Source: a virus. Taken from it: a DNA stretch of 64,000 bases. Numbering within the stretch: the stretch's first letter is position 1; the number at the start of each line of letters is the position of its first letter. Shown here piece after piece: positions 50,050-58,335 of this stretch. The stretch lies in the IMG/VR virus record IMGVR_UViG_3300026290_000001, one strand, 5' to 3'. The notes beneath the pieces were generated by a model. The model searched no databases. It saw only the letters and a list, made by a program, of their open reading frames with translations, and was not told the DNA's origin. The position numbers and the translations under genes were made by a program.

Positions 50050-51813
50050 TTACACTATTATCCATGAACCTTTATTTCCCTCAGAATTAGGTTCAGGAGA
50101 GAAAATAGGACTGCCACTATAATTAGAACAACGTACATATCCATTGTTATATGCAAATATATCAATTAAACCTGCATCACCAACATTAGAATTTGAAGCA
50201 AATAAAGAACCTTCTTCACAACAATCTATATTGTATTCCACATTGTTTTTTGCAATAATTCCCGAACTAAATCCTTTTCCACCATTATTAACTGTTAATC
50301 CTGATTTATTTCCACAAACACATATATTTTCTGCCATCATACCCCCACCAGTAGAATCATAAGCACCTTTTTCAGAATTACCATTTGCTATACAATTATT
50401 TATATAAATCCCTGCGAAATTGGAACATTCATAACCATTTTCATTATTGGAAGATGCTGTATATGGTGCAGTAATACCTGCTCTGTTAGTTACAAAAAAA
50501 CCAGATTTAAAACCAGATACTCCAACATTTGTACCACAAGTTATGCTTGCGCCTGTTGTTGATAATATTCCATAATTAGTACTAGCATTAGAACCAATAA
50601 TTGCAACATTATTTAATAATCCTAATTCAGAACGGTCAGCAACAATACCATTACAATTTGTAAATTTTAACGTTGTAGTTAAAACAACAAAATCTCCACC
50701 CGTTAATGCAACAGCAGGGAATGGAGTACCTTGAAAAGTATTTTTAACCGTTACTACGTTTCCATTTATATTTATAATTTCATACATTCCACGTAAAACT
50801 TCATGATTACCTGTGCCTGTAGTATTTTTTATAATAGCATATTGTCCTACTTGCATACCTACTGCACTAGCAACTGTTATAGGTACAGACCAATTTCCAG
50901 CAGTATCAGAAACACTACCTACGTTTGAAACGGTTGTGGCAATAGGAGTAGCACCAATTATTCTTATATTAGAACCATTAACATGATTTATTTTAAGTTG
51001 AGAAGTATGTTCATACATTTCTGTTAATAAAGAAATAGTTACAGTAGTTGAACTAGTTATACTAGCAGTTTTTATACTATCTAAAGCATTTGGTATTGTA
51101 GTAAAATCACATCCAGTAGAGCCAACAGTTATAGTTTTATTGGCATCTATAATAGTATCTGTTAAATGTTTAATAAATTCACTACCTACAGCACTAACTA
51201 AAGGTCTTTTATCAGTAATTGTATTTATAGATTTATCTGCATTGGTACTAATTGTTCCTATTAAAATACTTCCATTTGGAATACTACCATTTGTACTTTT
51301 ATCAAAATTACCATCATTCTTTAAATAAATATTATAGGTCACGCTAGCACTTACTGGATTAATATTAAAAGTAGTATCAGATGTTTTTGTAATAGTGTTT
51401 AAAGTAGTACTATTAAAACTTTCACCTGAACCCGAAGTAATTATTATTGATAAAGTATCTGTTACTGAATTATATTCAGCAGATTTTATCTGAAACGGAT
51501 ACCCATATACATCTTCTACATTACTTTTTAAACTATCATGATCATATGCTGTAAATAATCTTCCTATTATCGTTCCATTACTCCATGTCTGTGCTGTCCC
51601 TTGAAATCCCCTAGTTACACCAACCAAACTACTACCACTTTTATCTGTATATAAAATAGTTTCTGCATTATTACCAGTTCCTATAGTAGCAAGATTAGGT
51701 GCATTGGGAAAAACTGAAATATCAGTTACGGGGATGGTAGTTGCAATACTATTTATATCAGAAGAAAGTGTTGTAAGAGGGGAGTTAATTTTAGCATTAT
51801 ACATTGTTTCCAT
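50050..51813 (-). CDS. tailspike/tail fibre with beta-helix-like Gly/Asn-rich repeats (possible depolymerase)
   Basis: 587 aa; C-terminal half rich in short N/G/S/V repeats typical of right-handed beta-helix. Confidence 0.5.
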   Translation of the reverse strand: METMYNAKINSPLTTLSSDINSIATTIPVTDISVFPNAPNLATIGTGNNAETILYTDKSGSSLVGVTRGFQGTAQTWSNGTIIGRLFTAYDHDSLKSNVEDVYGYPFQIKSAEYNSVTDTLSIIITSGSGESFNSTTLNTITKTSDTTFNINPVSASVTYNIYLKNDGNFDKSTNGSIPNGSILIGTISTNADKSINTITDKRPLVSAVGSEFIKHLTDTIIDANKTITVGSTGCDFTTIPNALDSIKTASITSSTTVTISLLTEMYEHTSQLKINHVNGSNIRIIGATPIATTVSNVGSVSDTAGNWSVPITVASAVGMQVGQYAIIKNTTGTGNHEVLRGMYEIININGNVVTVKNTFQGTPFPAVALTGGDFVVLTTTLKFTNCNGIVADRSELGLLNNVAIIGSNASTNYGILSTTGASITCGTNVGVSGFKSGFFVTNRAGITAPYTASSNNENGYECSNFAGIYINNCIANGNSEKGAYDSTGGGMMAENICVCGNKSGLTVNNGGKGFSSGIIAKNNVEYNIDCCEEGSLFASNSNVGDAGLIDIFAYNNGYVRCSNYSGSPIFSPEPNSEGNKGSWIIV

Positions 51814-53031
51814 TTACTCTATCACCCCTTCATAATTAACCTTCCAAACATCATTAACTTTGCCATAGATGCCAATGATAGGTTTCCATTTTCCATTAAT
51901 TTTTACATAAACATTATTAATATTTTTCCAATTACCATTTACTTTATAAATCAGCGCAGTATTGTAAACTGAAATATCATTAATATTTAATAATAAATTA
52001 TCATTAGCATTGGTTTCTACAAATACATTTGTAGTTTCATGTATATTTATATTTAAACTATCATTAGAATTAATATCAACATTTTTGTGAATATAACTTT
52101 CATTAATAGACAATCTAATTGAATCAGTTATATTATTAGATGCAGTTAAATTATTTACATTATCCGTTGAAGAAATATTTAATGTATCACTAACATTTGG
52201 CAAGGCAGTAACATTTGCATTGTCAGCACAATAAATATTAATAGCATCATTTTTATTAAACTCATTAATAGTTAAATCTATGCCATTAATATCTAAATTT
52301 TCAGATGTGCTAATATCTACCAATATATTTTTGGTTTCATTTACACCTATATTTAAATTATCACCAGTATTTATATTAGTAATTAATTGACTTTCTTCGG
52401 TAATATCTAAATATAAATTGTTTTCAATATCCTTGGATAATACTAATAAAGAATCTTCTTGTAGATTGATATCTAAAGAATCTTCTAGGTTTAAAGAAAT
52501 ATATGATGATTCATCTATTGTTAAATTAATATCATCTTCTACTTCAATGTTTTTATCTAAATTATTAGTTTCACTTAATGATAAATCAAGATCGTCATAA
52601 GTTTTTATATTGTAAGCATCAGGAGAATCCCATATAGATAATTCTTGTATATTTATAGACAAAGAATCATTAACATTTATATTTACATTTAATGATTGCG
52701 AATCACTTACAGTTAAGTTAAGTGCATCTTGAAGTGTATTAGTTACTTCTAAATCCGAAACATCATTTAGTGTAATTATAGGCGGGTCAGTACCTGAAGC
52801 ATTTACAAGCCTTTCACTTTCCTCTACAGATGTAATAATTAAATTGTCAGAAACACTAAAAGTCCAAATTTTATTACTTTCTTCAGTTATAGTTATTGTT
52901 AATTCATCATGTACATTTATTTCTATAACTGCTGATTCTGTAATATTTAGTGTTAATTCATCCGAAGAGGAAGATGATATATCGTTTAATGTGTTGAAAG
53001 ATGTTTGGTTAAAACGTCCTTGATTAAACAA
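51814..53031 (-). CDS. repeat-rich fibrous structural protein
   Basis: Degenerate ~12-aa repeats (e.g. DSLSINIQE, DSLDINLQE, DNLNIGVNE); acidic, Asn/Leu/Ile-rich. Confidence 0.45.
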   Translation of the reverse strand: MFNQGRFNQTSFNTLNDISSSSSDELTLNITESAVIEINVHDELTITITEESNKIWTFSVSDNLIITSVEESERLVNASGTDPPIITLNDVSDLEVTNTLQDALNLTVSDSQSLNVNINVNDSLSINIQELSIWDSPDAYNIKTYDDLDLSLSETNNLDKNIEVEDDINLTIDESSYISLNLEDSLDINLQEDSLLVLSKDIENNLYLDITEESQLITNINTGDNLNIGVNETKNILVDISTSENLDINGIDLTINEFNKNDAINIYCADNANVTALPNVSDTLNISSTDNVNNLTASNNITDSIRLSINESYIHKNVDINSNDSLNINIHETTNVFVETNANDNLLLNINDISVYNTALIYKVNGNWKNINNVYVKINGKWKPIIGIYGKVNDVWKVNYEGVIE

Positions 53032-53091
53032 TAAATATCACCTCCTCATTAATTAAAAATAGGACTATATATAATTTTTATATTAATAATA

Positions 53092-53472
53092 TTAACTAAT
53101 ATTAATTGTAAGTGTTACGGTAAGAAGCCAGTTTCCACCGGATTTTGTGCCTAAATTTTCCACCTTCCTATTCAACATAACTCCTCCACTAGAAGCATTA
53201 AAAACTCCCCATTCCTGCCATGCAAAATTAGCATCAGTAGTTCCAAAACTAGATTTAAATACTAACTGATTATTAGTTCTTGTAGGGAAAGTGGCTTCCA
53301 TGCCCTTTCTTACTTTGTTAGAACTTGCTTGTAAATCAATCTGTGAAGCTGCAAAAGCAGTAGTAGAATCACCGACTCCGATATGCGAATTTGTCGAATT
53401 AAAGAATACGGGTGAATCATCATTAATTATACAAGCTGCTATAAAATCTCTACCACTATTTGTTAATGCCAT
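53092..53472 (-). CDS. hypothetical structural protein
   Basis: 126-aa ORF collinear with the tail genes. Confidence 0.4.
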   Translation of the reverse strand: MALTNSGRDFIAACIINDDSPVFFNSTNSHIGVGDSTTAFAASQIDLQASSNKVRKGMEATFPTRTNNQLVFKSSFGTTDANFAWQEWGVFNASSGGVMLNRKVENLGTKSGGNWLLTVTLTINIS

Positions 53473-53536
53473 TTTTATAATTCCTCCTTAAATTTATATT
53501 TGTAAAATAATAAATAATTTAATAAATATTTAAATA

Positions 53537-53716
53537 TTAAATATTAAAACCCATATCTTTTAAATTATCTTCTGATGCCATAAAATCATCTTCAGATATA
53601 ATAACTTCAATGGGTTTTACCAAACCTTTATCAATTTGTTCCTGTGTTGCCCAATCAGGATATTTTTCTAATCTGAGCGTTGCTTTCATGCTAATTCCCA
53701 TTTTTTCATTATTCAT
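53537..53716 (-). CDS. small hypothetical protein (59 aa), absent from the ORF track
   Basis: Minus-strand ATG 9 nt after AAGGAGG; fills the gap between structural genes. Confidence 0.3.
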   Translation of the reverse strand: MNNEKMGISMKATLRLEKYPDWATQEQIDKGLVKPIEVIISEDDFMASEDNLKDMGFNI

Positions 53717-53779
53717 AAAATCTAATAATTACCTCCTTATTTTTCTAGTATATTTATATTAATAAAATAATTAATATCT

Positions 53780-54286
53780 TTATTCTTGATAGACGAACCA
53801 AATGTCCCCATCCTCACCGTCTTCATTACTAGGTTGTACAGTAGAAAATATAAAATGGTGTGCAGAAGTTTGTATTATATCTTCAAGTGTTTCTTTAATA
53901 TCATAAGAACCACTACCATTAGATTGAAAACTACTATAAATCCTACTTGCGGGTATATAAACTCCACCACTACCATAAAAAGAAAATTGTAATATACTTC
54001 CACTTACATCAGGATGAAAATAAACGTATCCATATACATAATCTACTTTATATGTACCAATTTTACTTTCTGTGTCTAATGTAGGAAAACCATCAACAAT
54101 TTCATACCACTGGTAAGTTTCCAATCCAAAATTACCCATGACCTGAACTTTATTTTGCCTATGCGGAATTTCTGATAATATTACTAATCCATTTATTATT
54201 TTTTTATATTCACTTAATGAAACTAAAGGTTGCTCATTATTACCTCTTCGTATTGAAATAAAAGGATCATAAAAAATTTGATTCAA
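53780..54286 (-). CDS. hypothetical structural protein
   Basis: 168-aa ORF with GGAGGTGA RBS. Confidence 0.45.
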   Translation of the reverse strand: MNQIFYDPFISIRRGNNEQPLVSLSEYKKIINGLVILSEIPHRQNKVQVMGNFGLETYQWYEIVDGFPTLDTESKIGTYKVDYVYGYVYFHPDVSGSILQFSFYGSGGVYIPASRIYSSFQSNGSGSYDIKETLEDIIQTSAHHFIFSTVQPSNEDGEDGDIWFVYQE

Positions 54287-54448
54287 AATTTATCACCTCC
54301 AACCTAATTTTTCAAAAAATAGAAAAATCAAAAATGTTCAAAAATTTATCTTCTGTTTTCTCTTGTTTTCTTCCATTTACTCTGTTTTTCAAGCACAAAA
54401 TTTGAATAAAAGGAATATTTTATTGTTGAGCCAAGAACACTCGTGACT

Positions 54449-55741
54449 TCAGTCATGAGATGAATTGGCTCTGTTCTGTTCATATATAATCCATGATTTT
54501 CTTGCATTAATTCTTTGCATGTTAGATATTTTCGGTGTCTTCATACCTCTGGGTGCATTACTAAAATCTATTTTTTCACCATCTATACCCATAAGAATGG
54601 CATAACCCGTAGACATTCTACCTTTAATAAAATATTCATTACCTATATACCTTACTTTATCAAACTTCCTAAATCCTTCTATTTTACCTGTAGGTATCTT
54701 CTGATGACTTCTTACTCCTTTTGCCTGTTGGTAATCGCCTTTAGGGATACACTTTTTTAATACAGCTTTTTCAGTTTTAAAGCTTACATCAATTAACCCT
54801 ATATCTTCAATATTATTTAAACAGGCAATAGCTACAGCATCGTAGTAATGCTCTTTTGGTAATCCCATTAGCTGTCTATGTTCTTTGGTAATAAATCCAA
54901 AGGTTTCTTTTGCATTTGGTAGCTGTCTTAATAATTGTTGTCTTATACTATTCATCTGTGTTGTGTGTTTTAATTGTCCTTTAATTTTACCATTCTTCTT
55001 TAATTTAATTCCTCCTTTGTGCAAACTATTATGACAAGTTTTACAAAGTGTAATTAAATTTTCTGCATCATCTGAGCCACCATTTTTTCTAAAAACTATA
55101 TGATGTACCTCTAATCTGCTGTCTTTACTTTTTCCTTTGCAATACTGGCAAATATATTTATCTCTACTTAATACATAAGCTTTAGTATTAGCAAATCCAT
55201 AATTAGTTCCTTTTTGATAAAGCCATTTATTACTTAATACTGCTGGATTTTTTAAAGCATGTGGGTCAAATGTTGCTGTTTCTATTATTATATTTGTAAT
55301 GGGCATTATTGATTTTGCAAAATCAATTTCTTTTAAGTGTGAATTAATTTTACTTGTCATTGTAGGAGAAAATCTATCTTTTTTAATGCTGTTTTTCCTA
55401 TTATTAAATCTAGGTTCCCTATATCTAGTTTTCCTATTCCTTCTAGTTCTCCTATATTTAGCTCTTTTGTCCATTTTGTCAGATATATCATTTCTAATTT
55501 CTACTTCTGATATATAATACACTTCATTTTCGTCATTTGCTACTGCACTTCCTATTTTACTACTACCAGTATCAATTCCTAAAGTTAAATCTTGTGTATA
55601 GTCTGTAGCATGATATAGTAATTTAATTGTAAATGGAGTTCTTCTTATGCATTTTGCTTTACCATCTTTTAACAATAATCTTGCTATTGCTGGTTTACAA
55701 GGCATTAAAGGACTCCCATCTTCATTAATTACATAAACCAT
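54449..55741 (-). CDS. iscB: IscB, OMEGA-family RNA-guided endonuclease (PLMP domain, split RuvC, HNH)
   Basis: PLMP (EDGSPLMPCKPAIARLLLKDGKAK); RuvC-I LGIDTGSSKIGSAV; RuvC-II IIIETATFD; HNH CQYCKG…HHIVFRKNGGSDDAENLITLCKTCH; RuvC-III PKEHYYDAVAIAC; 430 aa; RBS AAAGGA. Confidence 0.8.
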   Translation of the reverse strand: MVYVINEDGSPLMPCKPAIARLLLKDGKAKCIRRTPFTIKLLYHATDYTQDLTLGIDTGSSKIGSAVANDENEVYYISEVEIRNDISDKMDKRAKYRRTRRNRKTRYREPRFNNRKNSIKKDRFSPTMTSKINSHLKEIDFAKSIMPITNIIIETATFDPHALKNPAVLSNKWLYQKGTNYGFANTKAYVLSRDKYICQYCKGKSKDSRLEVHHIVFRKNGGSDDAENLITLCKTCHNSLHKGGIKLKKNGKIKGQLKHTTQMNSIRQQLLRQLPNAKETFGFITKEHRQLMGLPKEHYYDAVAIACLNNIEDIGLIDVSFKTEKAVLKKCIPKGDYQQAKGVRSHQKIPTGKIEGFRKFDKVRYIGNEYFIKGRMSTGYAILMGIDGEKIDFSNAPRGMKTPKISNMQRINARKSWIIYEQNRANSSHD

Positions 55742-56025
55742 AAAATCAAATCCTTTCGGATAAATACTCTGCTTAAAAGCAGGTTATGCGTATCTATATA
55801 CTATTACCATATATAGAATTCGTCCTCATCTCGACAATGATAAAATAGCTTATATGTATATCACACCGAGCCTTACCCTCCAACTCTACTTAGTGATATA
55901 CGATAGAGCAATGGTCTGATGCGTCAACCAAAGGTATCATAACTATTCTATCGTAGTATAAATTTCTCTATACTAAGTCTGGTGAACTTAGACTTTAGAA
56001 GCCTCCGACTTTAGTCGGGGGTAGT
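55742..56025 (-). ncRNA. candidate omegaRNA of the IscB locus
   Basis: ~280-nt non-coding stretch directly 5' of iscB; GC well above surroundings; nested inverted repeats (GTGAACT…CCGACTTTAGTCGG…AGTTCAC at 55982-56030; GTATATCAC/GTGATATAC; CTGCTTAAAAGCAG). Confidence 0.4.
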
Positions 56026-56271
56026 TCACTCTATTTCAGGATTGATAGATAAATCATCTTTGCTTGTACTATTTACATTAGATAAATTATCTTCATTGGA
56101 CAAATCATCATTAATAATTTGACTTAATTCGTCTATTTTAGAACTTAATTTGATAATCTCTATCTGATACATATTATTTTGTAAACATAAAGTGACTACA
56201 TCTAAGGGCAAATTACTATTGTTTATTAACTCTGCCAGTTTAATATTAAAATCACTTATAATAAAAATCAC
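56026..56271 (-). CDS. hypothetical protein
   Basis: 81-aa ORF; overlapping plus-strand ORF 56192..56539 is hydrophobic low-complexity and less plausible. Confidence 0.35.
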   Translation of the reverse strand: MIFIISDFNIKLAELINNSNLPLDVVTLCLQNNMYQIEIIKLSSKIDELSQIINDDLSNEDNLSNVNSTSKDDLSINPEIE

Positions 56272-56328
56272 TTCCTTTATATTATTTTTTTATCTTATTA
56301 TATTGTTATTTTTTATCTTACTATCTTG

Positions 56329-56649
56329 CTATATTGTTATCTGCGCTTTTATTTCAATCCTACAAGTGTTATTAAAAATATCTTTGTTAATATTTATTAC
56401 TTTTCCATCTAATAATCTATTTATCTCATTTTCGTATTTATCAATAAAAACCACATCGATTTTATTATCTAGATTTAATTCTAAAAAACTACAAACATCT
56501 GAACTTTTATTTGTTGGGATTTGCCCTATAAATCTGTGATAATAAATATTTTCCATTTCATGATAATAAACATCTAAAGTTCCTTGTTGAAAATCGTCTG
56601 AATAGATATGGTTGTCTAGGCAATTAAATTTTATTTTTAATTTCATCAC
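56329..56649 (-). CDS. hypothetical protein
   Basis: 106-aa ORF with balanced composition. Confidence 0.45.
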   Translation of the reverse strand: MMKLKIKFNCLDNHIYSDDFQQGTLDVYYHEMENIYYHRFIGQIPTNKSSDVCSFLELNLDNKIDVVFIDKYENEINRLLDGKVININKDIFNNTCRIEIKAQITI

Positions 56650-56679
56650 CTTCTTTCAAGTTTATTTATTTTTATATTG

Positions 56680-57606
56680 TTATTGAACTCCGTTTAATTT
56701 ATCTTCAAGTGTTATAAAATATGAACCATACACTATATCACCTGGAATCCTATCTGTAATCCCTGTTGAATTCATATTTCCTATTGCTGTTCTTGCAATA
56801 TTAAATTTCAAAGCAGTTAATGTTTTATTGCTAGATGAAACTTTTGCATTAGTTATATGATAAGATGTTCCACCTACTGTTACATATTCAGTTAAACCTT
56901 TGTAATTCCTAAACTCTACTATTTTATCAACAAACGAATTCCATCGATCCCATGTCAAAGTTGTTACTGCACCATGATTATTGAAAGCATTTCTTTCTGC
57001 TGTAGTCCAAGACCAATTAGTAGGACGAGATTTTGAAGTAGTTAAATAAGTATAACCAGACCAATCCGAAACCTCATAATTATAATTACGATCCCTTGCT
57101 CTACATCTAAATCCATATTGTGTATTTGGTTGTAAATTATTAAATGTGTCTGAAGGAGAATATGGTGAAGCAGTAATTCCATTAGTGCATTGAATATCAT
57201 AAACATTAGCATTAGATACATTAGAATAGTTTATAGTAATTGAATTAGAAGATATTGATGAACTAATATAATATGGTGTAGACAATTTTGATCTTGCTGT
57301 AGTTACATATATTGTATCTATTAAATACCAAGTTCCGTTCCATTTTCCAGATACTGAAACTTTATATTCAGTATTAGGTGTTAATTTTTGATATAAAGGA
57401 GGACTAGGCATTGAATTATAAATATCGTGCCATGTATTATAAGTAGAATTGGTTGATGTCCAATTATTCCAATATACATACTCTTGTGTACTTGACTTTA
57501 CAAGCACAATCTCAAATCCACCATAATCTTTTGCAGGATATGTTAATTCAGTAACATTGATTCGCATAGAATTGGAAGTTACATTATTGGCATATATTCT
57601 AGCCAT
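56680..57606 (-). CDS. structural protein with fibronectin type III-like repeats
   Basis: Repeated FN3-like blocks (PNTEYKVSVSG, PNTQYGFRCRARD), Trp/Tyr/Ser/Thr-rich. Confidence 0.5.
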   Translation of the reverse strand: MARIYANNVTSNSMRINVTELTYPAKDYGGFEIVLVKSSTQEYVYWNNWTSTNSTYNTWHDIYNSMPSPPLYQKLTPNTEYKVSVSGKWNGTWYLIDTIYVTTARSKLSTPYYISSSISSNSITINYSNVSNANVYDIQCTNGITASPYSPSDTFNNLQPNTQYGFRCRARDRNYNYEVSDWSGYTYLTTSKSRPTNWSWTTAERNAFNNHGAVTTLTWDRWNSFVDKIVEFRNYKGLTEYVTVGGTSYHITNAKVSSSNKTLTALKFNIARTAIGNMNSTGITDRIPGDIVYGSYFITLEDKLNGVQ

Positions 57607-57735
57607 AAAATCACCTAAATTTCTTTATAATTGAATAAATTATTTAAAAAAGAATAATAATAATTAATAAGCAAAATAGTTAAATAGTATTGTAAAAAAT
57701 TAGATAATATGATAGTATAAATATATATTATTAAA

Positions 57736-58335
57736 ATGAAAGGATGTATAATAATGAAAATTAAAAACTTATCTTATCTGTTTATTGGTTTGCTAGTTGG
57801 GTGTTTATTTCCCATTCAATCTTTATTTGCCGAACAACCTATTACATTAATTATCAATGGTAAAACAATTACTAATGCTTCACCACAAATAGTTTCAGAT
57901 AGAACGTATGTACCTTTGAGGGTAATATCCGAAGAATTAGGTGCAACAGTTGAATGGGACGGAGTAAATAGGGTAGTTAGGGTTAATAGTGGGGATGGAC
58001 AAAAAATTGAAAAGATTAATCAAAATCAAACTCAAAACAATAATGATAATAGTAATGTGGAGAGCAACCCTAGAGATAATATCAATTATATTAGTAGTGA
58101 TGATATGGAAAAATATTACGAAAGAGATACAAATAAAGGTTTTGTAAAAAATCGTTGGGTAGATGGTAAATATTTTATTGACTATGATAGAAAAATTACA
58201 CGTTTTGAAGATTATGAATATTATTATGATAGAGAAAGAGATATATTTTATTGGGCAGATTATAAGGCAATTTTAATCTTTGGAGAAACAATAAAAGATT
58301 ATCCTAAATATAAATTTAACCAAATACAGCAGTAG
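57736..58335 (+). CDS. secreted/lipoprotein with copper-amine-oxidase-N-terminal-like domain, opposite strand to the tail module (moron-like)
   Basis: Signal peptide with lipobox-like LLVGC; domain NGKTITNASPQIVSDRTYVPLRVISEELGATVEWDGVNRVVRV. Confidence 0.55.
   Translation: MKGCIIMKIKNLSYLFIGLLVGCLFPIQSLFAEQPITLIINGKTITNASPQIVSDRTYVPLRVISEELGATVEWDGVNRVVRVNSGDGQKIEKINQNQTQNNNDNSNVESNPRDNINYISSDDMEKYYERDTNKGFVKNRWVDGKYFIDYDRKITRFEDYEYYYDRERDIFYWADYKAILIFGETIKDYPKYKFNQIQQ

Larger units (their letters stand above)
54290..56025 (-). mobile_element. IS200/IS605-like non-autonomous IscB element (boundaries not defined)
   Basis: iscB plus upstream structured RNA region within the tail module; no TnpA seen; ends inferred only from flanking ORF limits. 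Confidence 0.35.

Noticed and set aside
51814-53031. Periodic short repeats that could suggest a CRISPR array
   Set aside because: The periodicity lies inside one long intact ORF and repeats are degenerate at the nucleotide level; no identical direct repeats with unique spacers. It is a coding tandem repeat.
54449-55741. Ordinary phage HNH homing endonuclease
   Set aside because: The HNH motif is flanked by PLMP and RuvC-I/II/III motifs in IscB order and the protein is 430 aa, so IscB is the better call.
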